Shown: in pieces, positions 18,733 to 26,996 of the stretch
How positions within the stretch are numbered: position 1 is the first letter of the stretch
Layout: each line of letters starts with the position of its first letter
Assembly (NCBI GenBank): GCA_964641295.1
Contig: CAZXNA010000003.1
Location: forward strand, 1-63,992
Direction: 5' to 3'
DNA length: 63,992 bases
From: an uncultured Thermoanaerobaculia bacterium
GTDB lineage: Bacteria; Acidobacteriota; Thermoanaerobaculia; Thermoanaerobaculales; Sulfomarinibacteraceae
Program-made: the position numbers and the translations under genes
Notes under the pieces: model-generated
The model's input: only the letters and a program-made list of their open reading frames with translations
Told to the model about the DNA's origin: nothing
Database searches by the model: none

Positions 18733-20907
18733 ATGGTCCAATTCGACAACCAGTATCGCCAAGTCAAGGTCAAGATCGTCTACTACGGCCCCGCCATGGG
18801 CGGCAAGACCACCTGTCTCCAACATATCCACGGCGTTACGGATCCCCAGCACCGCACCCGGCTCTACTCCCTCAACACGGCCAACGACAGGACCTTGTTC
18901 TTCGATCTCATGTCCCTCGATCTGGGTCGAATCCGGGGTTACCGCCTGGCCCTTCAGCTGTACACCGTCCCCGGCCAGGTCCAGTACAACGCGACGCGTC
19001 GGGCCGTGCTTTCCGGGGCCGACGGCGTCGTCTTCGTCGCCGACTCCCAGGAGAACCAGCGCGAGCCCAATCGGGAGTCCCTGGCCAACCTCTGGGAAAA
19101 CCTGGCGGCCAACGGTCTGGACCGGCAACGGATTCCCCTCGTGTTCCAGTACAACAAGAGGGATCTCTCCCCGCTCCTCTCCATCGAGCAGCTGGAGGCG
19201 GACCTCAACGACCGGCGGGTTCCCTCCTTCCCCACCATCGCGACCCGGGGACAGGGCGTCATGGAGGCCTTCCACGCCATCACCGAGGCCACACTCGTGG
19301 CGGTGGCCGACAAGCTGGGGATGGGTGGGAACCCCCAGGCCCTCGAGCAGATTCGCCAGAGGGTCCGCTCCGTCCTGGCTCCGTTCGAGCCCACAGAGGC
19401 CCGGACCGGAAGGCCCGGGGACGAGCTCGCCGTCGTCCGGTCCACGGCGGATCGTGGCGTCTCCCACCTGGGGAAGGACGCCCTGGTGCAGGAGGCCGTG
19501 CGAGCCAACGTCGCCATGACGGACCTCAACGTCCGCCTCGATGAGCTCAGCCGCCAGTTGGAGCGCAAGGCCGCCGTTCTCTCCGGGATTGCCCGCTTCG
19601 GCCAGGAAGTGACCTCCGAACGCGATCCGGAAGGCGTGCTCCGGAAGCTGATCGACACCGTGGTGGAACTCCTCGGCGCCTCGGCCGCCGCTGTCCTCGT
19701 GGTGCCCGGGTCCGGCCAGTTGCGCCTGGCCGTCGCCCACGGGATGGAAAGCGATCCTCTTCTGACCACCGCCGACGAGATCGGCGAGCCCCTGGCCCTG
19801 AACATCCTCGAGGGACGCCGGCCACAGATCTTCAGAGCGGAGACGGACGAAGGAGAAAATTCCCTGGCCGGCGAGGTCCTCGAGGCTGCGGGATTCAATT
19901 CCTGTCTGGCGGTGCCGCTGATCGCCGGTGACCGGGTCGCTGGGCTGCTGACCGTCTACGCGACCGGTGATCGGCTCCCCCTTGAGGAGGACGATCTGCA
20001 GCTGGCGACCGTGCTGGCCGCCTCGGGCGGAGTGGCCCATTCCAACGCCGTGGCATGGCAGCGTCTCGAGGAGCTCAACCGGGGGCTCGAAACCCAGGTG
20101 ACGGCACGAACGCAGGAGTTGCAGAAGGCGCTGAGCGAGGTTCAGGCCATGGCGGCCGATCTGGAGAAGAAGAACGAGCTGCTGGACAACGCCTACCGTG
20201 AGCTGGCCAAGCTCGATCATGTGAAGAACGAGCTGGTGACGCGGCTTTCCAGCGAGCTCAAGGAACCGGTTTCTGCCGTGTTGATGGCGACGCGTGTTCT
20301 CCGGGAGGCGCCGAGTCAGGATATCAACTCCAGGGCCCGCCTGATTGAGGTGGTCTTCAAGGAGGCGGACAAGCTCGGGGAGATCCTTGAGAACCTGCTT
20401 CAGACCTCAATCCTGACCGCCGCCCAGAGGCCCCCCGAGATCGAAAGTGTCCCCGTTCAGCGTTTCGTCAAGGAGGCCGTCGGGCCGCTGCGGGAGCTGG
20501 CCGATGACCGCGGTGTGGCCCTGCACATCAAGGTCGCCTCGGGGCTCGAGGTCCTCCGGTGCGAGCCCGAAACCGTCATGGCTGCCCTGAGGTCGGTGAT
20601 TCGCAACGCCATCCAGTTCAGGCCCTCCGGGTCCGACGTGGATGTGGAGCTCCGGCGCTTCCAGACGGAGAACGGTCCCTGGGTCGCCATTCGGGTGCGG
20701 GACCACGGGCCGGGGATCCCCGAGGACGAGCTGCCCCACGTGACCGAGGCCCTCTGGCGGGGGGCGGCAGCCGTTGCCGGTGAGCAGCGGGGAATCGGCC
20801 TTGGCCTGACCATCGCCGATCGCGTCATGGCCAGCCACGGAGGGAGACTGGCCATCGAGAGCCCCCCCGGCAAGGGTACGACCGTCACCTTGGCGTGGCC
20901 CCAGTAG
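18733..20907 (+). CDS. MglA-family small GTPase fused to GAF and a histidine-kinase-like DHp/HATPase core (H-box His replaced by Ser)
   Basis: aa 1-195: GPAMGGKT, NDRTLFFD, TVPGQ, NKRD, alignable to MglA at 62337..62921. aa ~295-445 are GAF-like. aa ~495-560 are DHp, KNELVTRLSSELKEPV. aa ~580-724 are CA: N box VIRNAIQF, G1 DHGPGIP, G2 GIGLGLTIA. Confidence 0.8.
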   Translation: MVQFDNQYRQVKVKIVYYGPAMGGKTTCLQHIHGVTDPQHRTRLYSLNTANDRTLFFDLMSLDLGRIRGYRLALQLYTVPGQVQYNATRRAVLSGADGVVFVADSQENQREPNRESLANLWENLAANGLDRQRIPLVFQYNKRDLSPLLSIEQLEADLNDRRVPSFPTIATRGQGVMEAFHAITEATLVAVADKLGMGGNPQALEQIRQRVRSVLAPFEPTEARTGRPGDELAVVRSTADRGVSHLGKDALVQEAVRANVAMTDLNVRLDELSRQLERKAAVLSGIARFGQEVTSERDPEGVLRKLIDTVVELLGASAAAVLVVPGSGQLRLAVAHGMESDPLLTTADEIGEPLALNILEGRRPQIFRAETDEGENSLAGEVLEAAGFNSCLAVPLIAGDRVAGLLTVYATGDRLPLEEDDLQLATVLAASGGVAHSNAVAWQRLEELNRGLETQVTARTQELQKALSEVQAMAADLEKKNELLDNAYRELAKLDHVKNELVTRLSSELKEPVSAVLMATRVLREAPSQDINSRARLIEVVFKEADKLGEILENLLQTSILTAAQRPPEIESVPVQRFVKEAVGPLRELADDRGVALHIKVASGLEVLRCEPETVMAALRSVIRNAIQFRPSGSDVDVELRRFQTENGPWVAIRVRDHGPGIPEDELPHVTEALWRGAAAVAGEQRGIGLGLTIADRVMASHGGRLAIESPPGKGTTVTLAWPQ

Positions 20908-21156
20908 CCCGCATTTCCCACCGGTCTTCCGGCACGACCGCGGACGTACCCGCCCTTCCGAGAGAGAGGGAGGCCGCGGAGTATCACGGGTTGAGAATGG
21001 AGGAAGATCCGGACCGAGAGAGGGACGGCAAACGCTCGTCACCGTGGTGGGAGGACGACGATTGCCCTCCTTTCACTCATCGCACCTCACCCTTCCTTCC
21101 AAATCCGTGTGAATCCCGTGCCTTCTTCTCTTCCCCCCGCCACCGTCTGGCCGCTC

Positions 21157-22197
21157 TCAGGTGGACGAGACGCCGGCCGTCGCCAAGGAGGGCAGGCGGA
21201 TGTTGTACATCTCCCGGGCCAGGGTCAGCTCGAATGTGCGGGAGGAGGCGAAGGCCTCGATGGTGCCGGACCAGCGGGCCATGAACTCACGCACGAGACG
21301 CTCCATCCACCGGACGAAAGGCGTCGGCCGGAAGAGAAGCTCGTCCTCGGCTGACCGGCAGTCCAGGAGAACGTCGTGGTGGTGGCTGAAGGGGCTGAAG
21401 GCCGTTCCGAGACCGACGGCGTCGAGCCACTGGTTGGGGATGGAGATCAGGTTGGGCTCCACCCCCAGGAGCCGGGCCGCCAGCTCGATGAACTGGCGGA
21501 GTGTGACCGTCTCCCGCTGGGCCAGGTTGTAGCTCCGCCCGTAGGCCGTCGTGTTGGCCAGGTTGGCTGCCACGGCCTCCGCCACGTCCTCGGCCCACAG
21601 GAAGCCCCAGGAGTTGAGCCCCCCGTCGGGAAGAAGCAGGGGGCCGCCGCTGGCCAGGCGTTCCAGGTAGGCGTCGGCACGCCGGGTCTCATCTGCGGGT
21701 CCGAGGACCATGGGCAGCCTCAGGGAGGTGAAGGGGAAGCGGTGCTCCACCCAGGCACGGTGGAGGGCGTCCTCGCAGCGCCGCTTGTGGTAGGCGAAGA
21801 GCCAGGATGACCCGCCCTTGGCCGGCCTGGGTATCAGACGGCCTTCGAACTGTTCCTCGCGAAACGGCGGATAGAGGGCATCCCGGATCAGGTAGACCGC
21901 CGCCGTGGAGATGTGGATGAAATGTTCGATGGCGCCCTGAAGGGCCTCGACGGCGGTCCTGGTGTCCTTCTCCTGATAAGCGGTGACATCGACGACCGCA
22001 TCGTACTCCCCCTTGGCAAGGGCCTTGCCGAGGATGTCGGGGTCCCTGCGATCTCCCAACACCCTTCGGACACGTGTGGAGAAAGGATCGGCCCTCGTTC
22101 CCCGATTGAGGAGGGTGATGGCGTGACCCTCCTGGAGGAGCCGGTGGACGATGGCCCTTCCCACGAACCGCGTGCCGCCGAAGACCAGTATCCGCAT
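21157..22197 (-). CDS. NAD-dependent epimerase/dehydratase (SDR family)
   Basis: MRILVFGGTRFVGRAIV Rossmann motif; 346 aa. Confidence 0.8.
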   Translation of the reverse strand: MRILVFGGTRFVGRAIVHRLLQEGHAITLLNRGTRADPFSTRVRRVLGDRRDPDILGKALAKGEYDAVVDVTAYQEKDTRTAVEALQGAIEHFIHISTAAVYLIRDALYPPFREEQFEGRLIPRPAKGGSSWLFAYHKRRCEDALHRAWVEHRFPFTSLRLPMVLGPADETRRADAYLERLASGGPLLLPDGGLNSWGFLWAEDVAEAVAANLANTTAYGRSYNLAQRETVTLRQFIELAARLLGVEPNLISIPNQWLDAVGLGTAFSPFSHHHDVLLDCRSAEDELLFRPTPFVRWMERLVREFMARWSGTIEAFASSRTFELTLAREMYNIRLPSLATAGVSST

Positions 22198-22202
22198 GGT
22201 CG

Positions 22203-23588
22203 CTATCCTACCCCATTTGGCTCGCCGGTATGGTCATCCCGGTCGATTTCGGCGTCGATGGCGTGGGCCGCCGCGACCAGGTCGTCGGGGGAGGCAACGG
22301 AGAGGAGGAGCTCGTCGTCTCCCGCCAGTGGATCGAGCCAGAGTCTGGCGTTGGGAAGGGTCCCATGGGCCAGGTGTAAACAGGCGCCGACTGGTGTGGA
22401 CACCCGCGGCTGGAAAAGACGCTGGAGGGAGGGGGGAAGCGCGGCCCTCATGGCGAGGATGGCCCCGAGCCGGCGGGGAAGCTCCTGGAGAAGGGTGTGG
22501 CGTAGCGGGGCGTGGGGGATGGGAACCGTGGTCATGACCCACAGCACCAGGTCCGTGGGAACGACGAGCAGGTGGGCCGCCAGACGGACCTCCGTCGGCG
22601 TAACCCCCAGGTGCGGAGCCGCCGCGGCGGCCCGCCGGCCCCACCGGATGGCCGTCTGGGAGGTCAGCTGATCGAGCCGCGGGACGTCGGGACGGTGCCA
22701 GAGGGTCGCCCTGCCCAGCTGGTCGCAAAGATCGTAGAAGGAATTGTCACAGTGCAGGTCGTCGGGAATCGGGTCGTTCGAGCCCCCGGGTACGCGAATG
22801 CCCGAGGCGATGACGGTGCGGTCCCAGACGGCCTGGGGGAAACCCTCGCCGTTGATGCTCTTCTGCTTTTCGAGTGATGAGAGGATGCTGGACACGTGGG
22901 CGGCCGGCACCGGAACGAGGCCGAAGCTCGTGGTGGCCCACTGGGACAGGGTGCCGACCACGTCGTGGATCAGGTGGCGGAGACGCAGCAACTCCTCGCC
23001 CGACACGGGGTTCTGGCGGGTGAAGCTGGGACCGACCAGATCCCAGAAGAAGTTGTCGAAGGCCTCGCCGGAAATGGGCAGCTGGGAGTCGATGGCGATG
23101 GTCTCCTCCTCGGGGGACTCGTCGGTCCTGCGCGCGGCATCGAGGAGAAGGTGGTTGGGGTCCAGGGCCAGGTCCTGACCGAGGAGATCGCGGACCGGGA
23201 AGTCGGGATCGAAGGTCAGCTCCTTGGGAGGCGAAAGCAGGAGGCGGGTCGTGATGACCATGGCCAGGGACTCCATGATCCGGCGCAGGTCCTCCAGCCC
23301 GAGCCCGGCCTCCTCCAGGAGGATCCTGGTCAGGGGCCGGTGCTGGAAGAGCGATCGGGCGAGGCAGCTCCTCAGCTGATCCAGGGGCAGAACCCCCTGC
23401 GCGGCCATGAACGAGGCCAGCCGTTCCGACGGCACCATGGAGGACACGAAGACGATCCGACCCTCCATGAAGTCGATTCGCCGCTCGTAGCCCTCCCCGG
23501 ACAGACTCAGGCGCCCCGTCATACTGCCCATCTTCAACCACTGAAGGAAGTCGCCGAGATGCAACCTGTCGAGAGTTCCACGAATCAC
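22203..23588 (-). CDS. DUF4388 (PATAN-like) domain protein with long uncharacterised C-terminal region
   Basis: N-terminus GTLDRLHLGDFLQWLKMGSMTGRLSLSGEGYERRIDFMEGRIVFVSS matches the DUF4388 signature (G.L....L.D.LQ.L......G.L.......G.I.F..G.IV.A). Confidence 0.65.
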   Translation of the reverse strand: MIRGTLDRLHLGDFLQWLKMGSMTGRLSLSGEGYERRIDFMEGRIVFVSSMVPSERLASFMAAQGVLPLDQLRSCLARSLFQHRPLTRILLEEAGLGLEDLRRIMESLAMVITTRLLLSPPKELTFDPDFPVRDLLGQDLALDPNHLLLDAARRTDESPEEETIAIDSQLPISGEAFDNFFWDLVGPSFTRQNPVSGEELLRLRHLIHDVVGTLSQWATTSFGLVPVPAAHVSSILSSLEKQKSINGEGFPQAVWDRTVIASGIRVPGGSNDPIPDDLHCDNSFYDLCDQLGRATLWHRPDVPRLDQLTSQTAIRWGRRAAAAAPHLGVTPTEVRLAAHLLVVPTDLVLWVMTTVPIPHAPLRHTLLQELPRRLGAILAMRAALPPSLQRLFQPRVSTPVGACLHLAHGTLPNARLWLDPLAGDDELLLSVASPDDLVAAAHAIDAEIDRDDHTGEPNGVG

Positions 23589-23833
23589 CGTCTCAGTATA
23601 ACGCCTTCATGTCCAGACAGGGCACAGGGGGCCCCAGCCCGCACATCTGGCCGTTCCACCGCTGCGGACCGCGATGTGGCGTACGTTCAGGGGTTTTCTC
23701 TCCTCGGGTTCTTCGACGTACGGTTGGGTGCGACTGCGTGGCCCCCGGGTCGAAAACACCCCATGGAACGGCACCTCGCCGCCCTCGCCGGGTGACTCGG
23801 CTGGACATGCAGGCGAGCGGGATATGATGGGGC

Positions 23834-24721
23834 ATGCGGTTGCTGTTGCTTTCGGCCCGCCCCGGCCTGGATGTCAACCAACGTCTCGTGGAAGCGGCAT
23901 CGGACCGGGGGGAAGAGCTCCACGTGGGCGATGTCACGCGGATGAACGCGCGGTGCGGTGCATCTCCAGCGGTTTTCTTGGACGGCGCCGCCCTGCCGGA
24001 TCCGGACGTGGTCCTGGCCCGTGTGGGTAACTGGCGGCCCGAGAGCGCCCTGGCCGTACTCGAAGCGCTGGAGGCCCGCGGGGTACCCACACCCAACCCA
24101 CCACCGGCCATCCGGGCCGGACGGGATCACTGGCGGACCATGATGCTCCTGGCCCGGGCGGGCCTCCCGGTGCCGCCGACGGTGGCGGGCTCCGATCCCG
24201 AGGTCCTGGCGGCCACGGCCGTCGAGGAGCTCGGTCTCCCGGTGGTGGTCAAACAGCGGCGATCCCGCATGGGGGTCGGCGTCATCCTGTGCCGGCACCG
24301 GGACCACCTGGAGGCCGTGCTGGATTCCCTGTGGCGGGTGGGGGACGAGGTCGTCGTGCAGTCCTTCGTCCCGACCCATGGGATCAGCCTGCGTGCCTTC
24401 ATCGTAGGGGGCAGGGTCGTGGCGGGGGCCCGGTTCCGGCCGGGACCGGGCGAGTGGAGATCCAACGCGGCCCGCGGTGGCGCGGTGGAGACGTGGCGTC
24501 CCGAAGCGACCGAGGAGCGGCTGGCCGTGGAGGCCGCGTCCGCCCTGGGCCTGGGTATCGCGGCGGTGGACCTGCTTCCGGGACCGCAGGGTGTGCTCAT
24601 CGGCGAGGTCAACCCCTCGCCGGGTTTCAGGGCCCTGGAGCGGGCCACCGGGGCCGATCTGGCGGGCGCCATGGTCGAGCACATGATCGGATTGGGACGG
24701 AAGCTCTCGGGCGGATCGTAG
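23834..24721 (+). CDS. rimK: RimK-family ATP-grasp alpha-L-glutamate ligase
   Basis: VVVKQRRSRMGVGV, EWRSNAARGG, AAVDLL...VLIGEVNPSPGF. Confidence 0.75.
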   Translation: MRLLLLSARPGLDVNQRLVEAASDRGEELHVGDVTRMNARCGASPAVFLDGAALPDPDVVLARVGNWRPESALAVLEALEARGVPTPNPPPAIRAGRDHWRTMMLLARAGLPVPPTVAGSDPEVLAATAVEELGLPVVVKQRRSRMGVGVILCRHRDHLEAVLDSLWRVGDEVVVQSFVPTHGISLRAFIVGGRVVAGARFRPGPGEWRSNAARGGAVETWRPEATEERLAVEAASALGLGIAAVDLLPGPQGVLIGEVNPSPGFRALERATGADLAGAMVEHMIGLGRKLSGGS

Positions 24722-24744
24722 TCGGCTCGCGAGGGTGTTCTCCG

Positions 24745-24793
24745 GAGAAAAATCGGCCGCACCGGAGCCCGGTGCGGCCGTGGCGGGTTTCTT
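24745..24793. terminator. Bidirectional rho-independent terminator (rimK / ferritin)
   Basis: CGGCCGCACCG-GAGCC-CGGTGCGGCCG, 11-bp perfect stem. It is flanked by GAAAAAT (a U-tract for the minus-strand gene) and GGGTTTCTT on the plus side. Confidence 0.7.
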
Positions 24794-24807
24794 GGAGAGC
24801 CTTGGTC

Positions 24808-25317
24808 CTACCCTTCGTCCCCGGATCCACTACCCCGGCCGGCAAGCTCCCGATCGAGCATGAGAAGACCGTGGGGTGAGCCGTCCAGCATGGCCGTCCG
24901 GTTGTAGAGACGGTCCGCCGTCGCCTCCTCTTCCACCTGCTCGGAGATGTACCAGTGCAGGAAGACCGTGGTCGCGTGGTCGTTCTCCTGGGCGGCAAGG
25001 TTGGCCAACGCGTTGATCCGGCCGGTGATGGAGCGTTCGTGGTCCAGAACGGCCCTGACCGCGGCGGAGGGGCTCTCCCACTGGGCCCTCGGCTTGTCGA
25101 TGGCCTCGAGGACGACCGTGCCGCCCCGGTCCATGATGTGGTGGAAAAGCTTCATCCCATGCTCGAACTCCTCCTTGGCCTGGGCCTCCATCCAGCTGGC
25201 GAAGCCGTCCAGATGCTGGTCGTTGAACCAGGCGGCAACGGCCAGGTAGAGGTACGAGGAGTAGAACTCGGCGTGGGTCTGTTCGTTGAGGGCCTTTTCG
25301 ATGGTTTCAGTGAGCAT
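24808..25317 (-). CDS. Ferritin (non-haem, Ftn type)
   Basis: LNEQTHAEFYSSYLYLAVAAWF...EEFEHGMKLFHHI...HWYISEQVEEE ferroxidase ligand pattern. Confidence 0.85.
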   Translation of the reverse strand: MLTETIEKALNEQTHAEFYSSYLYLAVAAWFNDQHLDGFASWMEAQAKEEFEHGMKLFHHIMDRGGTVVLEAIDKPRAQWESPSAAVRAVLDHERSITGRINALANLAAQENDHATTVFLHWYISEQVEEEATADRLYNRTAMLDGSPHGLLMLDRELAGRGSGSGDEG

Positions 25318-25382
25318 GCGGACCTCCTTGGTCGTTGAGGGGTGTAGGACGCTGCATTCCGGGTGGCGTGCGCCGGGGCGGG

Positions 25383-25973
25383 TCAGGAGGCGTGCTCGGC
25401 CAGATAATGGGCGACGCCCTCGGCCGTCGGCTTCATGGCCTCTTCACCCTCGTGCCAGTCGGCCGGGCAGACCTCACCGTACTCCTCCAGATGCTGCAAG
25501 GCTTTGAGGACTCGGAGGGCCTCTTCGACGGAGCGGCCCAGGCCCAGGTCGTTGACGACCTCATGCCGGACGATCCCCTCCTTGTCGATGAGGAAAAGAC
25601 CGCGCAGGGCGACGCCAGCATCCTCCAGGAGCACGCCGTAATCGGCGGAGATCTTCTTGGTGATGTCGGCCACGAGGGGGTAGCGGATCTGCCCGATCCC
25701 GCCCTGGTCCACAGGCGTGTTCTTCCAGGCCCAGTGGCTGAACTGGGAATCCACCGAGGCACCGATGACCTGGCAGCCGAGCTTCTCGAATTCGTCCAGG
25801 TGCTTGTCGAAGGCGATGATCTCGGTCGGACAGACGAAGGTGAAATCCAGGGGATAGAAGAAGAGGATGACGTACTTCCCCCGATAATCGGAGAGAGTCA
25901 GCTCCTCGAAGCTGTTGTCCGCCATGACGGCCTGGGCGGTAAAATCGGGCGCTTTCTTGGTGACGAGAGACAT
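25383..25973 (-). CDS. ahpC: Typical 2-Cys peroxiredoxin (AhpC/Tsa)
   Basis: Internal ATG 25973 (AGGAGG SD). [15 protein letters not shown] peroxidatic Cys and C-terminal EVCPADW resolving Cys. Confidence 0.85.
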   Translation of the reverse strand: MSLVTKKAPDFTAQAVMADNSFEELTLSDYRGKYVILFFYPLDFTFVCPTEIIAFDKHLDEFEKLGCQVIGASVDSQFSHWAWKNTPVDQGGIGQIRYPLVADITKKISADYGVLLEDAGVALRGLFLIDKEGIVRHEVVNDLGLGRSVEEALRVLKALQHLEEYGEVCPADWHEGEEAMKPTAEGVAHYLAEHAS

Positions 25974-26026
25974 GTTTGACCTCCTGTTGGTGTGATATTG
26001 ACGGTCTTGGACCGCCGACAGGGATC

Positions 26027-26971
26027 TTACTCGAATTGATTCCGCGTTACAAGATCCTTTTGCGAGGAGGTAACGGCGTGTCTGTAAAGCTCCACGGGCA
26101 CGACCCAGGGCCGGACGTTGTTGAAGGCGTTGGGCCGGGCCCAGAGGATTCCCGAAGCCCGGTTGCGGGAGAGGGGGCGCCCACCAACGTAGAGCAGTCC
26201 GCCGAGCACAACGGCTGTCACGACGAGGAGGACAACGGTTCCCAGCCTGTTGGGCTCCAGGGGGAGAACCCAGGGCTCGACGGTGAAAACGGCGGAGGCC
26301 AGGAGCGCCGTGACCAGTGGGAGGGCGGCGCCGGCCGCGGGAAGGGCCGGGAGATGGCCGGCGGCGGCGGACCCCAGGCCAATCCACAGGGCCGTCGGCG
26401 GCAGGAAACACAGCAGCGTGACGGCCATGCGGCGGAAGACGCCGGAGGACCGGTGGGCGGCACGATCGAAGGCCAGCATGCGAAGGACGGCGGGCAGGGC
26501 GGCGGCGGAGCCGATGATCGGTGGAACGGCCAGGAGAAAGGAAGGGAGGTCCTGAAGGTCGAGCCAACGCGCCAGGTGCCCGTCCACCGGGTCCAGGAGG
26601 GGCAGCCAGCCCAGGCCGCCGACCGCCATGCCGAAGGCGGTCTGGACTGCGGCGACCTCGGCCCAGACGGTCTTGGAACGCGGCAGAAAACTGACGATCG
26701 CCACGGCGAGGATTGCCGGAAGGACCAAGGCTCCGAGCCAGTATCCGGTGGCGGCGGAGGTGCTGGCGAAGTTGAGGGTCGGCTCGTTGACCAGTGCCCA
26801 GGGTTGGCGGTGGAGCGGCAGGGTCAGGCCGATCCACGTGCAGTGCCCGGCCACGGCGCCCAGACCTTGTCCCAGGGCGCCCGTCACGACGGCCAGGGGC
26901 AGAGCGGCCAGGGCGGCCAGCCAGCTGGCCAGAAGGTTCTGTGGCGCCAGAGGATCCATGGCCCGTTGCAT
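26027..26971 (-). CDS. Polytopic integral membrane protein, unknown function
   Basis: 314 aa with about 8 hydrophobic segments; no motif recognised. Confidence 0.5.
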   Translation of the reverse strand: MQRAMDPLAPQNLLASWLAALAALPLAVVTGALGQGLGAVAGHCTWIGLTLPLHRQPWALVNEPTLNFASTSAATGYWLGALVLPAILAVAIVSFLPRSKTVWAEVAAVQTAFGMAVGGLGWLPLLDPVDGHLARWLDLQDLPSFLLAVPPIIGSAAALPAVLRMLAFDRAAHRSSGVFRRMAVTLLCFLPPTALWIGLGSAAAGHLPALPAAGAALPLVTALLASAVFTVEPWVLPLEPNRLGTVVLLVVTAVVLGGLLYVGGRPLSRNRASGILWARPNAFNNVRPWVVPVELYRHAVTSSQKDLVTRNQFE

Positions 26972-26996
26972 TCCTGCATGCTACCATGGGGCCATC

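Noticed and set aside
21039-21080. 13-codon minus-strand ORF (MSERRAIVVLPPR) with a purine-rich SD-like stretch, in the convergent gap after the GTPase-kinase gene.
   Set aside because: It is too short to evaluate. It sits between two gene 3' ends with no downstream gene to regulate and no conservation evidence available.
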